Source: an uncultured Lentisphaeria bacterium (GTDB lineage: Bacteria > Verrucomicrobiota > Lentisphaeria > Victivallales > UBA1829). From it: a DNA stretch of 64,000 nucleotides. The notes beneath the pieces were generated by a model, which saw only the letters and a list, made by a program, of their open reading frames with translations, did not search any database and was not told the origin of the DNA. This document shows, in pieces, positions 10,344 through 19,957 of the stretch; positions within the stretch are counted from its first letter, which is position 1, and every line of letters begins with the position of its first letter. Both the position numbers and the translations under genes were made by a program. The DNA is taken from contig CASDPB010000047.1 of assembly GCA_949282305.1 (NCBI GenBank), positions 155,514 to 219,513 on the forward strand, written 5' to 3'.

Positions 10344-11153
10344 ATGAGAACACTTCTTCTGTTTCTGTTGCTCACTGCATCGCTTTCATTGTCTGCGGAA
10401 GAATTGCGGGTGGTTTCACTTGCCCCCGCCCTCACGGAACTGATCTGCCGGCTTGGAAAGGAAAACTCCCTGGTCGGCCGCTCCTCCGCATGCAATTATC
10501 CCGCCGGAGTCAAAAAGATACCGGTCGCCGGAGAATTCGGGAAACCGAATCCGGAAAAAGTGATCGTCCTGAAACCAACTCATGTTTTTGCAAATGCCCT
10601 GGCAACCCCTGCCGCGGCGGCAATGCTCCGCAGCGCCGGGATCAGGGTGATCTTGAAGCAGTGCCGCAATCCGGATGAATACAGGGAATGGATCACGCTC
10701 GCAGGAAAAGAGCTGAAATGCGAGGCGGAAGCGCAGAAGGAAAGGGAACGCTTTGATAAAGAACTGGCGGAACTCCGGCGGAAAACACGCTCATCCGCCG
10801 GGAAAAATGTTCTCTGCCTGATCTGGGACAATCCGCCGACGGCGGCGGGAAAAGGCTCTCTGCCGGATACGGTAATCCGTCTTGCGGGACAGCGCAACAC
10901 CGCAGGCGGCATCCGGCAGGAATATTTCAATCCTTCGTTTGAATGGCTTCTGAAAAATCAGCCGGACATTCTCCTACTGCCCGGTTTTCCGGAAGCCCAG
11001 GTTAAAAATCTCAGGCAAAGCCTCCCATGGACCAAACTGAAGGCGGTGAGAGAAAACCGGATCATCTCCGACATCGACCCCGATCTCCTTCTGCGTCCGG
11101 GACCGCGTCTCACGCAGGGCATACGCCTGCTCTCGGAACGCTGTCAGGACTAG
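10344..11153 (+). CDS. periplasmic substrate-binding protein, BtuF/FhuD-like (Peripla_BP_2 type)
   Basis: 269 aa. Signal peptide MRTLLLFLLLTASLSLSA. The pattern LRVVSLAPALTELICRLG...VIVLKPTHVFAN resembles cobalamin/siderophore binding proteins. Confidence 0.7.
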   Translation: MRTLLLFLLLTASLSLSAEELRVVSLAPALTELICRLGKENSLVGRSSACNYPAGVKKIPVAGEFGKPNPEKVIVLKPTHVFANALATPAAAAMLRSAGIRVILKQCRNPDEYREWITLAGKELKCEAEAQKERERFDKELAELRRKTRSSAGKNVLCLIWDNPPTAAGKGSLPDTVIRLAGQRNTAGGIRQEYFNPSFEWLLKNQPDILLLPGFPEAQVKNLRQSLPWTKLKAVRENRIISDIDPDLLLRPGPRLTQGIRLLSERCQD

Positions 11154-11164
11154 GGGAACGGATC

Positions 11165-11644
11165 ATGGGACAGAAAAAAACAGCGATGGAATATGCGGTT
11201 CAGCTTCTCGGGCTCCGCGCCTGCTCCACGGCGGAACTTAAAAAGAAGCTCCATGCAAAAGAATATTCCGCTTCCGAAATCAGTCAGGTCATTCGGGAAT
11301 GCACGCGCCACGGGTTCCTGAACGATGAACTGTATGCGGAAAATCTCGCCGCCGCTGTCTATGCACGGGGCGGCGGCAGACGCAAGGCAATTCAGAAACT
11401 CCGCACCAAAGGCATTGATTCCGAGATCATCAAAGAAACCCTTGCGGAAAAAGAGGACGGAAAAATCATGAGCGAGCTGGAGGCGGCGACAGGCGCTCTC
11501 GCCCGCAAAGCATCCGCTTTAGCACGGGAACCCGATCCGCGCAAACGCAGAGAGAAAGCGCTTCGTTTTCTGGCGGGACGCGGCTTTTCCGCGCAGGTCG
11601 CCTATGAAGCCCTGCGGACAGCCGGACAACCGGACACGGAATAA
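11165..11644 (+). CDS. recX: RecA regulator RecX
   Basis: 159 aa from ATG 11165. AVQLLGLRACSTAELKKKL, repeated helical units, and C-terminal RFLAGRGFS typical of RecX. The upstream part of ORF 11027 overlaps the previous gene and is discounted. Confidence 0.8.
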   Translation: MGQKKTAMEYAVQLLGLRACSTAELKKKLHAKEYSASEISQVIRECTRHGFLNDELYAENLAAAVYARGGGRRKAIQKLRTKGIDSEIIKETLAEKEDGKIMSELEAATGALARKASALAREPDPRKRREKALRFLAGRGFSAQVAYEALRTAGQPDTE

Positions 11645-11741
11645 AATTTCCGGAGATCAGCAAGAACTCAATACAGAAATGCAGGACGGCGGCGTCCCGG
11701 ACTTGCGGATACCGCCATCCCTGCACCCGGAAAAGCAGAAC

Positions 11742-13769
11742 TCAGTCTTCCTCTTCGCCGTGTTCTGCCTTGAACTTGGCGATGATCTCGTTCGCCACAT
11801 TCGGCGGCACCATTTCATAACGTGCAAAAGACATCTCGAAGGTCCCCTGCCCCTGTGTCATGGAACGCAGTTCCGTAGCGTATTTCGCGAGTTCCCCCTG
11901 CGGAACTTCCGCCAGCAGAACCTGCATACCGTCCTCGGCGTCCATTCCAAGAATACGTCCCCGCTTATGGTTCAGATGTCCGGTGACGTCTCCCATGTAT
12001 TCTCCGGGAATGATGATTCTGACGGACATCACAGGTTCAAGCAGAACCGGATTTGCCTTGCCCATCGCCTCGTTGAATGCGCGACGCGCGGCAATCTTGA
12101 ACGCCATTTCGGAAGAATCGACGTCATGGAACTTGCCGTCGTAAACCGTGACCTTGACATTTTCCACCATGCACCCGGCAAGCGGTCCGCGCTCCATCGC
12201 CTCAAGCACGCCTTTCTCAACCGCCGGGATGAAGTTCTTCGGGATAGCGCCGCCGACCACCTCATTCGCAAACTGGAATTTCTCTTCGCAAGGCTCAATC
12301 CGCAGGTAAACTTCCGCAAACTGACCGTGCCCGCCGGACTGTTTTTTATGGCGGTAATGTCCTTCCGCCCTGCCGTTGATCGCCTCGCGGTAGGGAACTT
12401 TCGGCGTCGAAACGATGACATCGGTTTTGGTCAGCTCTTTCAGGCGGCGCAAGGCGATCTGGAGATGCTGTTCGCCCATGCCGCTGAAAATGGATTCATG
12501 CGTCTCGTGATTCGTGGCAATATGAAGCGTCGGGTCGCATTCGCACAGCCGCTGCAGACCGGACATGATTTTTTCCTCCTCCCCGCTCTTCGCCGCGGTA
12601 ATCGCATAGGAGATCACCGGAGCGGGAAACTCCATCGGCGACATCACATGACATTGACTGTTTTCACCGAGCGTGTCTCCGGTTTTCGTCGCCCGCAGCT
12701 TCGCCACGCCGCAGATACATCCGGAACATGCCTCCTCTATCGGGATCTGAGTCTTTCCGTTCAGGAAAATCAGATGCCCGAGACGCTCCTTCGTGCCGTT
12801 GTTCAAGTTCAGAATGTCGCTGTTCGCCCTGATCTTTCCGGTAAGAACGCGGAAAAAGGCGAACTGCCCGACATGCGGATCAATGACTGTCTTGAAAACA
12901 AATGCCGCCGCGGGACCGTCCTCCGCGGGCTTTACAATCGTGCCGTCGCTGGCGACGCGCGTGCGTTCCAACGGACTCTGGCTGATATTGATGATGCCGT
13001 CCATCACTTCACAGACGCCGATATCCTTCGCGACGCTTCCGGCGAAAATCGGAATCAGGGCGCCGCTCTTGAGCGCATCATGGAGTCCGCGCAGAATTTC
13101 CGCCTCGGTCAGCGGTTCGCCGCCGAGATAGCGTTCCATCAGTTCTTCATCCGCTTCCGCCACAGTGTCAAGCAGGATCTCCTTGCATTTCGCCGCAATG
13201 TCTTTCAGCTCCCCGGGAATCTGCGCAGGATCGCCGAGCACACTCACGACACGTTCCAGTTTTGCGCCGCTGCCGACCGGCAGGGTCATGGGGACGGCGA
13301 CGTTTTTGCCGTATGCCTCCTGAAGCTGCTGTACAACCTTGAAAAAGTCGGCATTGTCACGATCCATACGGTTCACAAAAGCAAGCTTCGGAATGTCAAA
13401 CGCCTTCCCGAGTTTGAATGCGCGGACAGCGCCGATTTCCAGTCCGTTTGCGGCGTCAAGCACGACCAGCGCCGCGCCGCTGGCGCGATAAGCGGGAATC
13501 ACCTCCCCGATAAAAGGCCCGTAACCGGGAGTATCCGAGAAAAAGAAACGAAAACCGTTCCATTCGCAGCTCATGTATGAAGTATAAATGCTGGACCCTT
13601 TTTCCTGCTCATCCGGAGTAAAATCCGATACGCTTGTCCTGGTATCGACGGAACCCAGGCGCTCCACGGCTTTCGCCTTGTAGAGCATCAGGTCGCAAAG
13701 AGAGGTTTTACCGCTGCCGCTGTGGCCCGCCACAACGAAATTTCTGATTTTGGATGACTCGAACTTCAT
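11742..13769 (-). CDS. elongation factor G paralog (EF-G-like GTPase)
   Basis: 675 aa. G motifs AGHSGSGKTS, DTPGY and NRMD, then EF-G-like domains II-V (e.g. GAIPKNFIPAVEKG, EPVMSVRIIIP). Not in an str-operon context. Confidence 0.85.
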   Translation of the reverse strand: MKFESSKIRNFVVAGHSGSGKTSLCDLMLYKAKAVERLGSVDTRTSVSDFTPDEQEKGSSIYTSYMSCEWNGFRFFFSDTPGYGPFIGEVIPAYRASGAALVVLDAANGLEIGAVRAFKLGKAFDIPKLAFVNRMDRDNADFFKVVQQLQEAYGKNVAVPMTLPVGSGAKLERVVSVLGDPAQIPGELKDIAAKCKEILLDTVAEADEELMERYLGGEPLTEAEILRGLHDALKSGALIPIFAGSVAKDIGVCEVMDGIINISQSPLERTRVASDGTIVKPAEDGPAAAFVFKTVIDPHVGQFAFFRVLTGKIRANSDILNLNNGTKERLGHLIFLNGKTQIPIEEACSGCICGVAKLRATKTGDTLGENSQCHVMSPMEFPAPVISYAITAAKSGEEEKIMSGLQRLCECDPTLHIATNHETHESIFSGMGEQHLQIALRRLKELTKTDVIVSTPKVPYREAINGRAEGHYRHKKQSGGHGQFAEVYLRIEPCEEKFQFANEVVGGAIPKNFIPAVEKGVLEAMERGPLAGCMVENVKVTVYDGKFHDVDSSEMAFKIAARRAFNEAMGKANPVLLEPVMSVRIIIPGEYMGDVTGHLNHKRGRILGMDAEDGMQVLLAEVPQGELAKYATELRSMTQGQGTFEMSFARYEMVPPNVANEIIAKFKAEHGEEED

Positions 13770-13887
13770 ACTTGGTCTCCCGTTTATTTAGGGTTAAGGA
13801 AACTCCCGGCGGAACCATGGGAAATCCGCCGCTGTTTCCGAAAAGAATTCAACCAAAGAACCAAATCACCTGAGTGGTTTAAGTTTG

Positions 13888-13916
13888 ACTATAGCATCAC
13901 TCAAACTTGATGTCAA
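13888..13916 (-). promoter_or_regulatory. sigma70-type promoter for the EF-G paralog
   Basis: On the minus strand, TTGACA (13916-13911), a 17-nt spacer, then TATAGT (13893-13888). It lies about 120 nt upstream of ATG 13769. Confidence 0.55.
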
Positions 13917-13989
13917 ATCCGATTTCATCCGTAAAATCAAATTTTATGCGGGAAACGGCATCCGGGCGACGCGCCGCCGCCCGTTCCGG

Positions 13990-15270
13990 TCATTTTTTCT
14001 CCGAAGCCGGCGGGGAAAGCAGTGCCGGCGACGCCGACACCATGCCGGAAGTATCGCTGCACTGCTGGAAAACACGCAAATCAAAAGTCGGCAGGATCGC
14101 CAGCAGATGGTCGAATATGTCAGACTGAATGCCCTCGTAAACAATCCAGCGCGTATCATTCGTGAAACAGTAAATCTCCAGCGGTATTCCGGTCGCACCG
14201 GGCTGGAGCTGGCGAACCAGCACAATCATGTCCTGGCGAATGTGCGGATTGTTCCGCAGATAGTGTTCGACATACGCGCGGAACGTCCCCAGATTCGTCA
14301 CACGCCGTTCATTGATCGGCCTGGCGCCTTTCGCTTCAAGTTCCGCATTCCAGGCGCTCAATTCCTCACGCTTCTTCTGCAGATAATCATCCAGCAGCAC
14401 AAATTCCTCCAGACGCCTGATCTCGGCGTCATCAAGAAAACGCACGCTGCGCTGGTCAAGATAAAGCGCGCGCTTGATGCGGCGCCCGCCGATTTCCTGC
14501 ATTCCGCGCCAGTTCTTGAAGGAGTCCGTAATGAGTTTGCGGATCGGAATCGTGGTAATGGTCTTGTCCCAATTCCGCACCTTGACCGTATGAAGCGCAA
14601 TTTCAATCACGTCGCCATCCGCGTTAAGGCTCGGCATCTCAATCCAGTCACCGATCCGCACCATGTCGTTGGAACCGATCTGAACGCTTGCCACAACAGA
14701 GAGGATCGTATCCTGAAAAATCAGCATCAGAACCGCCGCCATCGCACCCAGCCCGGAAAGCAGGATCAGCGGACTGCGGTTCACCAGAACCGCAATCATC
14801 AGAATGGCTGCCACCACACCGATAAAGATTTTGAAGAGCTGCAGATACCCCTTGATCGGCTTGCTTGCCGCATCCGGACGCCGGCGGTAGGCAATGTCCA
14901 CCAGATCCAGAATCTTCCCCAGCGCCAGCGCCGCACTCAGCACTATAAACGCGGAACACACGTTGCGTATGATGACGACAAGCGTCTCGCGAATGCCGGG
15001 AATCATCGCCGCGCCCCCCGCAAGCACAAGAGCCGGAACAATATTCGCCAGATGCGAGATGACGGACAGTCTTATCGGCGTTTCCTCGCTCTCTCCGGAC
15101 GGCAGAGCCCGCATCAGCCGGTCCACACCGTGCAACAGAATCCGTTTCGTAATCCAGTTGACAATCCATGCGATGACGATGAGCACACATGCGGCAATCG
15201 CGCTGTATGCCCACGGATAGGGCGACAGGTTTTCCTTCAATTCATGCAGATATTCCAAAAGCGTATTCAT
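13990..15270 (-). CDS. mechanosensitive ion channel, MscS family
   Basis: 426 aa. N-terminal TM helices plus the MscS beta-domain pattern DMVRIGDWIEM...GDVIEIALHTVKVRNWDKTITTIPI. GGAGG SD before the ATG. Confidence 0.85.
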   Translation of the reverse strand: MNTLLEYLHELKENLSPYPWAYSAIAACVLIVIAWIVNWITKRILLHGVDRLMRALPSGESEETPIRLSVISHLANIVPALVLAGGAAMIPGIRETLVVIIRNVCSAFIVLSAALALGKILDLVDIAYRRRPDAASKPIKGYLQLFKIFIGVVAAILMIAVLVNRSPLILLSGLGAMAAVLMLIFQDTILSVVASVQIGSNDMVRIGDWIEMPSLNADGDVIEIALHTVKVRNWDKTITTIPIRKLITDSFKNWRGMQEIGGRRIKRALYLDQRSVRFLDDAEIRRLEEFVLLDDYLQKKREELSAWNAELEAKGARPINERRVTNLGTFRAYVEHYLRNNPHIRQDMIVLVRQLQPGATGIPLEIYCFTNDTRWIVYEGIQSDIFDHLLAILPTFDLRVFQQCSDTSGMVSASPALLSPPASEKK

Positions 15271-15465
15271 TTCTTCTCCTCCGTTTCTTCTGGCGGTCTG
15301 TAATATATACCGGAAAAGGAAATTTTAAAATCTCCCTCCGTCCGGAAACGACTGCGGACAGAACGGAAAAGCGGATTCCCGGAATTTCCCGCGCCTCCCG
15401 GACAGCCGTCATTGAACTTCCGAGGCGGAGATTCATCAAAAGAAGGCGGAACGGCAAAGCGCCGA

Positions 15466-17034
15466 TCACCTGTCGGACTCTGTTTCCCGGTCAACGATTG
15501 AGAACTGATCCAGTATGATCTCCTTCCGGTTGTTTCCCGGCGGAGTCAGCCAGACAACAACCCGTTTGGAATCATAAGGAGTAAAGACGCACCCCTTTTC
15601 CCCGATGTTGAAAAACATCTGCACCTCTCCCCAGCAGCGCAGATGAAGCAGTCCCCATTTATCCGGGAAAACACGCCCGTCCGCATTCGGCTCCGCTTTT
15701 TTTCTTTCAGTCACCACGCCGACGGCATCGCCATCTCTCAGAGCCGCCGGAACCACCTGCCGCATTCTTTCCAGTTGAAACAGGTTGCCGTCATCCAGTC
15801 TGGCGTTCACAGTGTAAATGGCACTCGTCAGTATCCAGAGCAATATTGCAGTCAGCAGAAGAGCCCATCTCCATTTCCTCCCGTTCCGGCACCAGTTCGC
15901 CAAAATAGGCAGGGCCGCGCAAAAGAGCAGCATCCCGACGGAAATCACGGCAATCAGATAGCGGTGAATGACTCTCTCCGGATAAACAATCGGATGAATG
16001 TTGAAAATAATATAGCAGTGGCACAGATACGCCCCCAGAAAAGCAACGGCAAGAAAACGTCTCCTCAGATCCCCGTGGCATATCAGCACAAACGCGGCAA
16101 TACATCCCAGCGCAACGGAAAGATTCTGCGGAATGAAACTGTAATATTTCCCGTCCCAGCGGAATTGACGCAGGAAGCTGAACAGATACTCCAGGACGGA
16201 AGGGGCTTCCGGCTGGTTCTCCACAATCAGATGCGTATGGCAGAGCAGCTCATAACGTCCCAGTCTGCAGCCGTAAATTCCGTTGAGAATCAGAGTCTCC
16301 AGTCCGATGCCGGCAATGCAGCAGAAGAAGAAAAGCAGCATCCCCGGTGTAAGATGAACTTTTTTCCAGCGGAAACAATATTTTTCTGCCGGAGCAAACG
16401 CCAGAAACAAAAATATCCCCGGCGCCCAGAAAAAGGAGGTTTCCTTACAGCCGTAGGCAATCACCAGACAGCCCCCCGCAACCGCCATCAGCCAGCTTTG
16501 CCGCTGTTTCCCGTCAATAAAACGCAAAGTCACCAGCAGCGTCAGCAAAATCCAGACCGTGGCGGGAACCATCGGCAGAAACTGCGTCCCCTCATGGATG
16601 ATGACCGGATAAAAAGCATACAGCAGGACGACAAGCGGCGCCATGGCTGCGCTGAGAATCCGCCGCGCCAGAAGAAAAAGCACGAGCCCTCCTGCGCAAT
16701 AGCATAAAATCGGATACAGATAATACAGATAAATGGAATAACCGAAAAGTTTGCAGAACGCAACAGCAGGCCAGATCAATCCCCAGCGCAGCAAATGATG
16801 ATCCGGCTGCAACGGCAGAAACGTCCCGTTCTCAAGAAATACGCGGATCAGGAACCACTTATGGATTGCATCCCCTGATTTTGCAATAAACTGCAGGTTG
16901 CAGACAATAACAAACAAAAGGAACAAAAAGACCCACAGGCACTGCCGTCCCACGGGAAGTTTTCCGAACTGATCCGCAGCAATAGAAACTCTCATTACAA
17001 GTTTTTCATAGCAATGAACGATTTTCTGTTTCAT
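15466..17034 (-). CDS. polytopic membrane protein, probable GT-C-type (ArnT/PMT-like) glycosyltransferase
   Basis: 522 aa with many hydrophobic segments over the first ~400 aa and a soluble C-terminal tail. The ATG overlaps the upstream stop (ATGA at 17031-17034). Family call rests on architecture and context, not a strong motif. Confidence 0.5.
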   Translation of the reverse strand: MKQKIVHCYEKLVMRVSIAADQFGKLPVGRQCLWVFLFLLFVIVCNLQFIAKSGDAIHKWFLIRVFLENGTFLPLQPDHHLLRWGLIWPAVAFCKLFGYSIYLYYLYPILCYCAGGLVLFLLARRILSAAMAPLVVLLYAFYPVIIHEGTQFLPMVPATVWILLTLLVTLRFIDGKQRQSWLMAVAGGCLVIAYGCKETSFFWAPGIFLFLAFAPAEKYCFRWKKVHLTPGMLLFFFCCIAGIGLETLILNGIYGCRLGRYELLCHTHLIVENQPEAPSVLEYLFSFLRQFRWDGKYYSFIPQNLSVALGCIAAFVLICHGDLRRRFLAVAFLGAYLCHCYIIFNIHPIVYPERVIHRYLIAVISVGMLLFCAALPILANWCRNGRKWRWALLLTAILLWILTSAIYTVNARLDDGNLFQLERMRQVVPAALRDGDAVGVVTERKKAEPNADGRVFPDKWGLLHLRCWGEVQMFFNIGEKGCVFTPYDSKRVVVWLTPPGNNRKEIILDQFSIVDRETESDR

Positions 17035-18974
17035 ACCATATCCATTTCTTTTTTTATCTGGAGTTTTTCTTTGAATTTGACAATACTGTCAGCCAGGCGG
17101 GCAGAATCTCCGCGCGGACAGAAAATAATTTCCTCCGGATTCGCCTTAAAGAGCTCATGATTTGCCGGTGTATCTCCTAGAATGACAGGTTTCTTCATAG
17201 CTCTGTAAATATATGCTTTTCCCGGAATAGTGCGTGCAGCTTTCCTTATTTCCGCATTGAAATGTCCGGCAAGACAGAGGTCTGCACGTGAAATCTCAAA
17301 GGCAAGTTCCCGTTGACTTAGATAATCAAAAATAACAGCATTTGCAGAGGCAAGCCGTTTCTTCTGCATCTCCTTCAAAGGTCCAATAAGGATAAAACGA
17401 ATATCTGTTCTCTTTTTCAGAAGCAATATCGCATCAATAATCACTTCCACACCTTGAAGGGGTAAAATTGAGCCGAAATAAAGAACATTCAGTATTTTTC
17501 CGTCATAATCATATTTCGGATAAAGTGCCGGATCATAATAGGTTCTGTCAGCCTCAAGATACAGAACTTTAATCTTATTCTTGTCCGCCTTGAGAAATTT
17601 GATAAAATAACGACTGTGCGCCCTGGTATCGCAAATTATCTCATCGGCAAGGCGCAACGTGAGAACATCCAGACGATAAAGCAGATGTGCCGCCGGAGAT
17701 CTCCTCCGAAATATCTTGCGATCAGAAATAAAGGTATCATAAAGTGAAATGAAGAAGTCAATCGTAATCTTTTTGTGTCTAAACTTCCAATACCAGAAAG
17801 GCAGCACAAGCTGTGGTGAAAAACCACAGAAGAAATGATCAATTTTTCCCGCGGAAGTAAATAATAAATGCCAGTAGACATAAATCAGCCTCGCAAAATA
17901 ACTTCTGCCTGAACTTGCAATCCGGCTTACCCGCCGTCCACTGCTGTTCAATAATTTTATCTCCTGGGTATTGCGCAGATAATCACGATTTTTAGTGGAC
18001 ACAAAAAGAACTCTTTCGGATGAAGCATCTTGCCCCGGTGAACAATCGGTTTTGAATAAAATCTGTGTCATTCGCAATATCTTGATTCCAATAAAGGCAA
18101 ATACCTCACCGACAATCGTCCAGCATCTCGCTGCAACAAGCAATACGATCAACTGTGCCGCTTCCAGTGCTCCTGTTCCGAAAAACTGCAATACATATTC
18201 TCTTACTCCCAGCCCATTCGGTGTCGGACTTAAGAACCCAGCCACCCAGGCAACCGGATAGGCGACCCCAAGACGCGCCGCCGCCCCGAAGCTGGTATCT
18301 CCTATCGAAATGCAAAGCACTGCAAGCCCCATGCCGACACTGAACCACATTAAGATATATCCGACAAACAAGCCATAGACCGCAGTATTGCTCAACGAAT
18401 ATTCTGACTGGGATTTAAAAAGCCGGCAGAGCAACTTAAATCCCAGTCGGATAAAAAAAGGCAGAAATGCAAACGCTGAAATGCCGCAAGCAAAAACCGC
18501 AACTCCAGCAATGGCTGAATTCTTGAAAATGAACGGCAGAAAAAACAGCAGAAAGAAAAGTGATGACATAATCTGAAATAGATATTCAACGCAAATCGCT
18601 CCGGATGTCCGGCAGGGAGATGCTCCGCGCTTTATGCACCATACAGCCTTGCCGACAATATTCCAGATACCACCGGGAATGTAACGGGCAAATGCACTGG
18701 TAATGAAAATATCAATATAATCCAGCTTACTGATGTTTTCTTTTCTGTCATACTGTATATACATCCACAAGTATGCCATAAAAATAAAAGAAACACCATA
18801 CATCAGCGAGGCAGCAAGAAACAGAGCAATTCTGATATTCTTTACTGATTGCGACAGTTCCTGATATGAACCGGAAAAATTCCGATACACAAAATAAAAC
18901 ATGACAATGGCAAGAAACAACCCCAAAAGACGTAAAACTGTCTTTAACGGAAACTTGGATTCTTTGCGAATCAT
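17031..18974 (-). CDS. fusion protein: flippase-like TM domain (LPG_synthase_TM/UPF0104 type) + C-terminal GT4-type glycosyltransferase
   Basis: 647 aa. The N-terminal ~300 aa are polytopic, with FARYIPGGIWNIVGKA and SPTPNGLGVREY motifs seen in the MprF-like flippase-type domain. The C-terminal half has a GT1/GT4-like pattern (YFGSILPLQGVEVIIDA...IPGKAYIYRAMKKPVILGD). ATGA overlaps at both ends. Confidence 0.65.
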   Translation of the reverse strand: MIRKESKFPLKTVLRLLGLFLAIVMFYFVYRNFSGSYQELSQSVKNIRIALFLAASLMYGVSFIFMAYLWMYIQYDRKENISKLDYIDIFITSAFARYIPGGIWNIVGKAVWCIKRGASPCRTSGAICVEYLFQIMSSLFFLLFFLPFIFKNSAIAGVAVFACGISAFAFLPFFIRLGFKLLCRLFKSQSEYSLSNTAVYGLFVGYILMWFSVGMGLAVLCISIGDTSFGAAARLGVAYPVAWVAGFLSPTPNGLGVREYVLQFFGTGALEAAQLIVLLVAARCWTIVGEVFAFIGIKILRMTQILFKTDCSPGQDASSERVLFVSTKNRDYLRNTQEIKLLNSSGRRVSRIASSGRSYFARLIYVYWHLLFTSAGKIDHFFCGFSPQLVLPFWYWKFRHKKITIDFFISLYDTFISDRKIFRRRSPAAHLLYRLDVLTLRLADEIICDTRAHSRYFIKFLKADKNKIKVLYLEADRTYYDPALYPKYDYDGKILNVLYFGSILPLQGVEVIIDAILLLKKRTDIRFILIGPLKEMQKKRLASANAVIFDYLSQRELAFEISRADLCLAGHFNAEIRKAARTIPGKAYIYRAMKKPVILGDTPANHELFKANPEEIIFCPRGDSARLADSIVKFKEKLQIKKEMDMV

Positions 18975-19957
18975 TTTTCTTCTCCGTCAAACAGCTTTGC
19001 CCTTCTCATTGTATATTGTATGTCTTCAAGCATCATCCGATTGACAGCAAGCAGGTCGGCGACAAAAGCAATCATCCCGGCAATCACCCCAGTCAGCAGA
19101 AAAAGTGCCGCTAAAAGCAAAGATTGTATTTTTCCACTTCCAGCACCCTGAAAAAAATACCAGAGGAAACGGCAACCAAGAATGGAACCAATGCAGAAAC
19201 AACCAATCCCCAGGGTCATGAAAAAGCGGAACGGATAATAAAGAATCGCAATGCGGATCATGGTGAAAGCGGAACGCTTGATATATTGCGGAATGCTTTT
19301 CACCAGCCGAGATGGACGAAGATCCTCATTGACATGAATCGGCACGCACAGAATTCCAAGATTCTTGTAACCAGCCTGAATGATTGTCTCCAGCGTGTAG
19401 GTATAATTATTGAAGACATTCATCCGCAAGGCAGCCTCCCGGGAAAGAGCCCGGAATCCGCTGGGAGCGTCCTCCACCACCGTGCCGGAAAATTTCCGCA
19501 CCATGAAACTTCCGAATTTCTGAAGCATCTTCTTGAGCGGCGAAAAATGCCGGATCTCCGAAATCGGACGGGTTCCAATCACATACTGCGCCTTTCCGTC
19601 CAGAATCGGCTGTGTCAGCAGGGGAATATCACGCGCATCATATTGATTGTCCGCATCCGTATTGACGATCACATCCGCATCCGCCGACAGAGCCGCATGA
19701 AGCCCGCTCATGAATGCCCGCGCCAGACCGAGATTCGCATGATGCCGGACAATATGCTCCACTCCGCACGCCGCCGCCACCTCCGCCGTATTATCAGTCG
19801 AACCGTCATCAATCACCAGAAATTCCACCTTTTGAAAACCGGGCACTTCACGCGGCAGCTCCCGGATTGCCAGCGCCAGTGTCTCAGCTTCATTATAACA
19901 TGGAATCTGGATCACCAGTTTCCGCTCATGTCGCATAATATATTTTATGTTATTCAT
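18971..19957 (-). CDS. GT2 glycosyltransferase, polyprenyl-phosphate sugar synthase type (DPM1/ArnC/GtrB-like)
   Basis: 328 aa from ATG 19957 (GGGAG SD; ORF open to 20041). Motifs QIPCYNEAETL, VIDDGSTDNT and NTDADNQY, plus C-terminal TM helices. Confidence 0.85.
   Translation of the reverse strand: MNNIKYIMRHERKLVIQIPCYNEAETLALAIRELPREVPGFQKVEFLVIDDGSTDNTAEVAAACGVEHIVRHHANLGLARAFMSGLHAALSADADVIVNTDADNQYDARDIPLLTQPILDGKAQYVIGTRPISEIRHFSPLKKMLQKFGSFMVRKFSGTVVEDAPSGFRALSREAALRMNVFNNYTYTLETIIQAGYKNLGILCVPIHVNEDLRPSRLVKSIPQYIKRSAFTMIRIAILYYPFRFFMTLGIGCFCIGSILGCRFLWYFFQGAGSGKIQSLLLAALFLLTGVIAGMIAFVADLLAVNRMMLEDIQYTMRRAKLFDGEEK

Noticed and set aside
11604-15303. Long plus-strand ORFs (11604-13580, 13885-15303) antisense to the EF-G paralog and the MscS gene
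   Set aside because: They have shadow-ORF composition, no recognisable domains, and starts that are TTG or other weak codons. The minus-strand genes have strong motif support.
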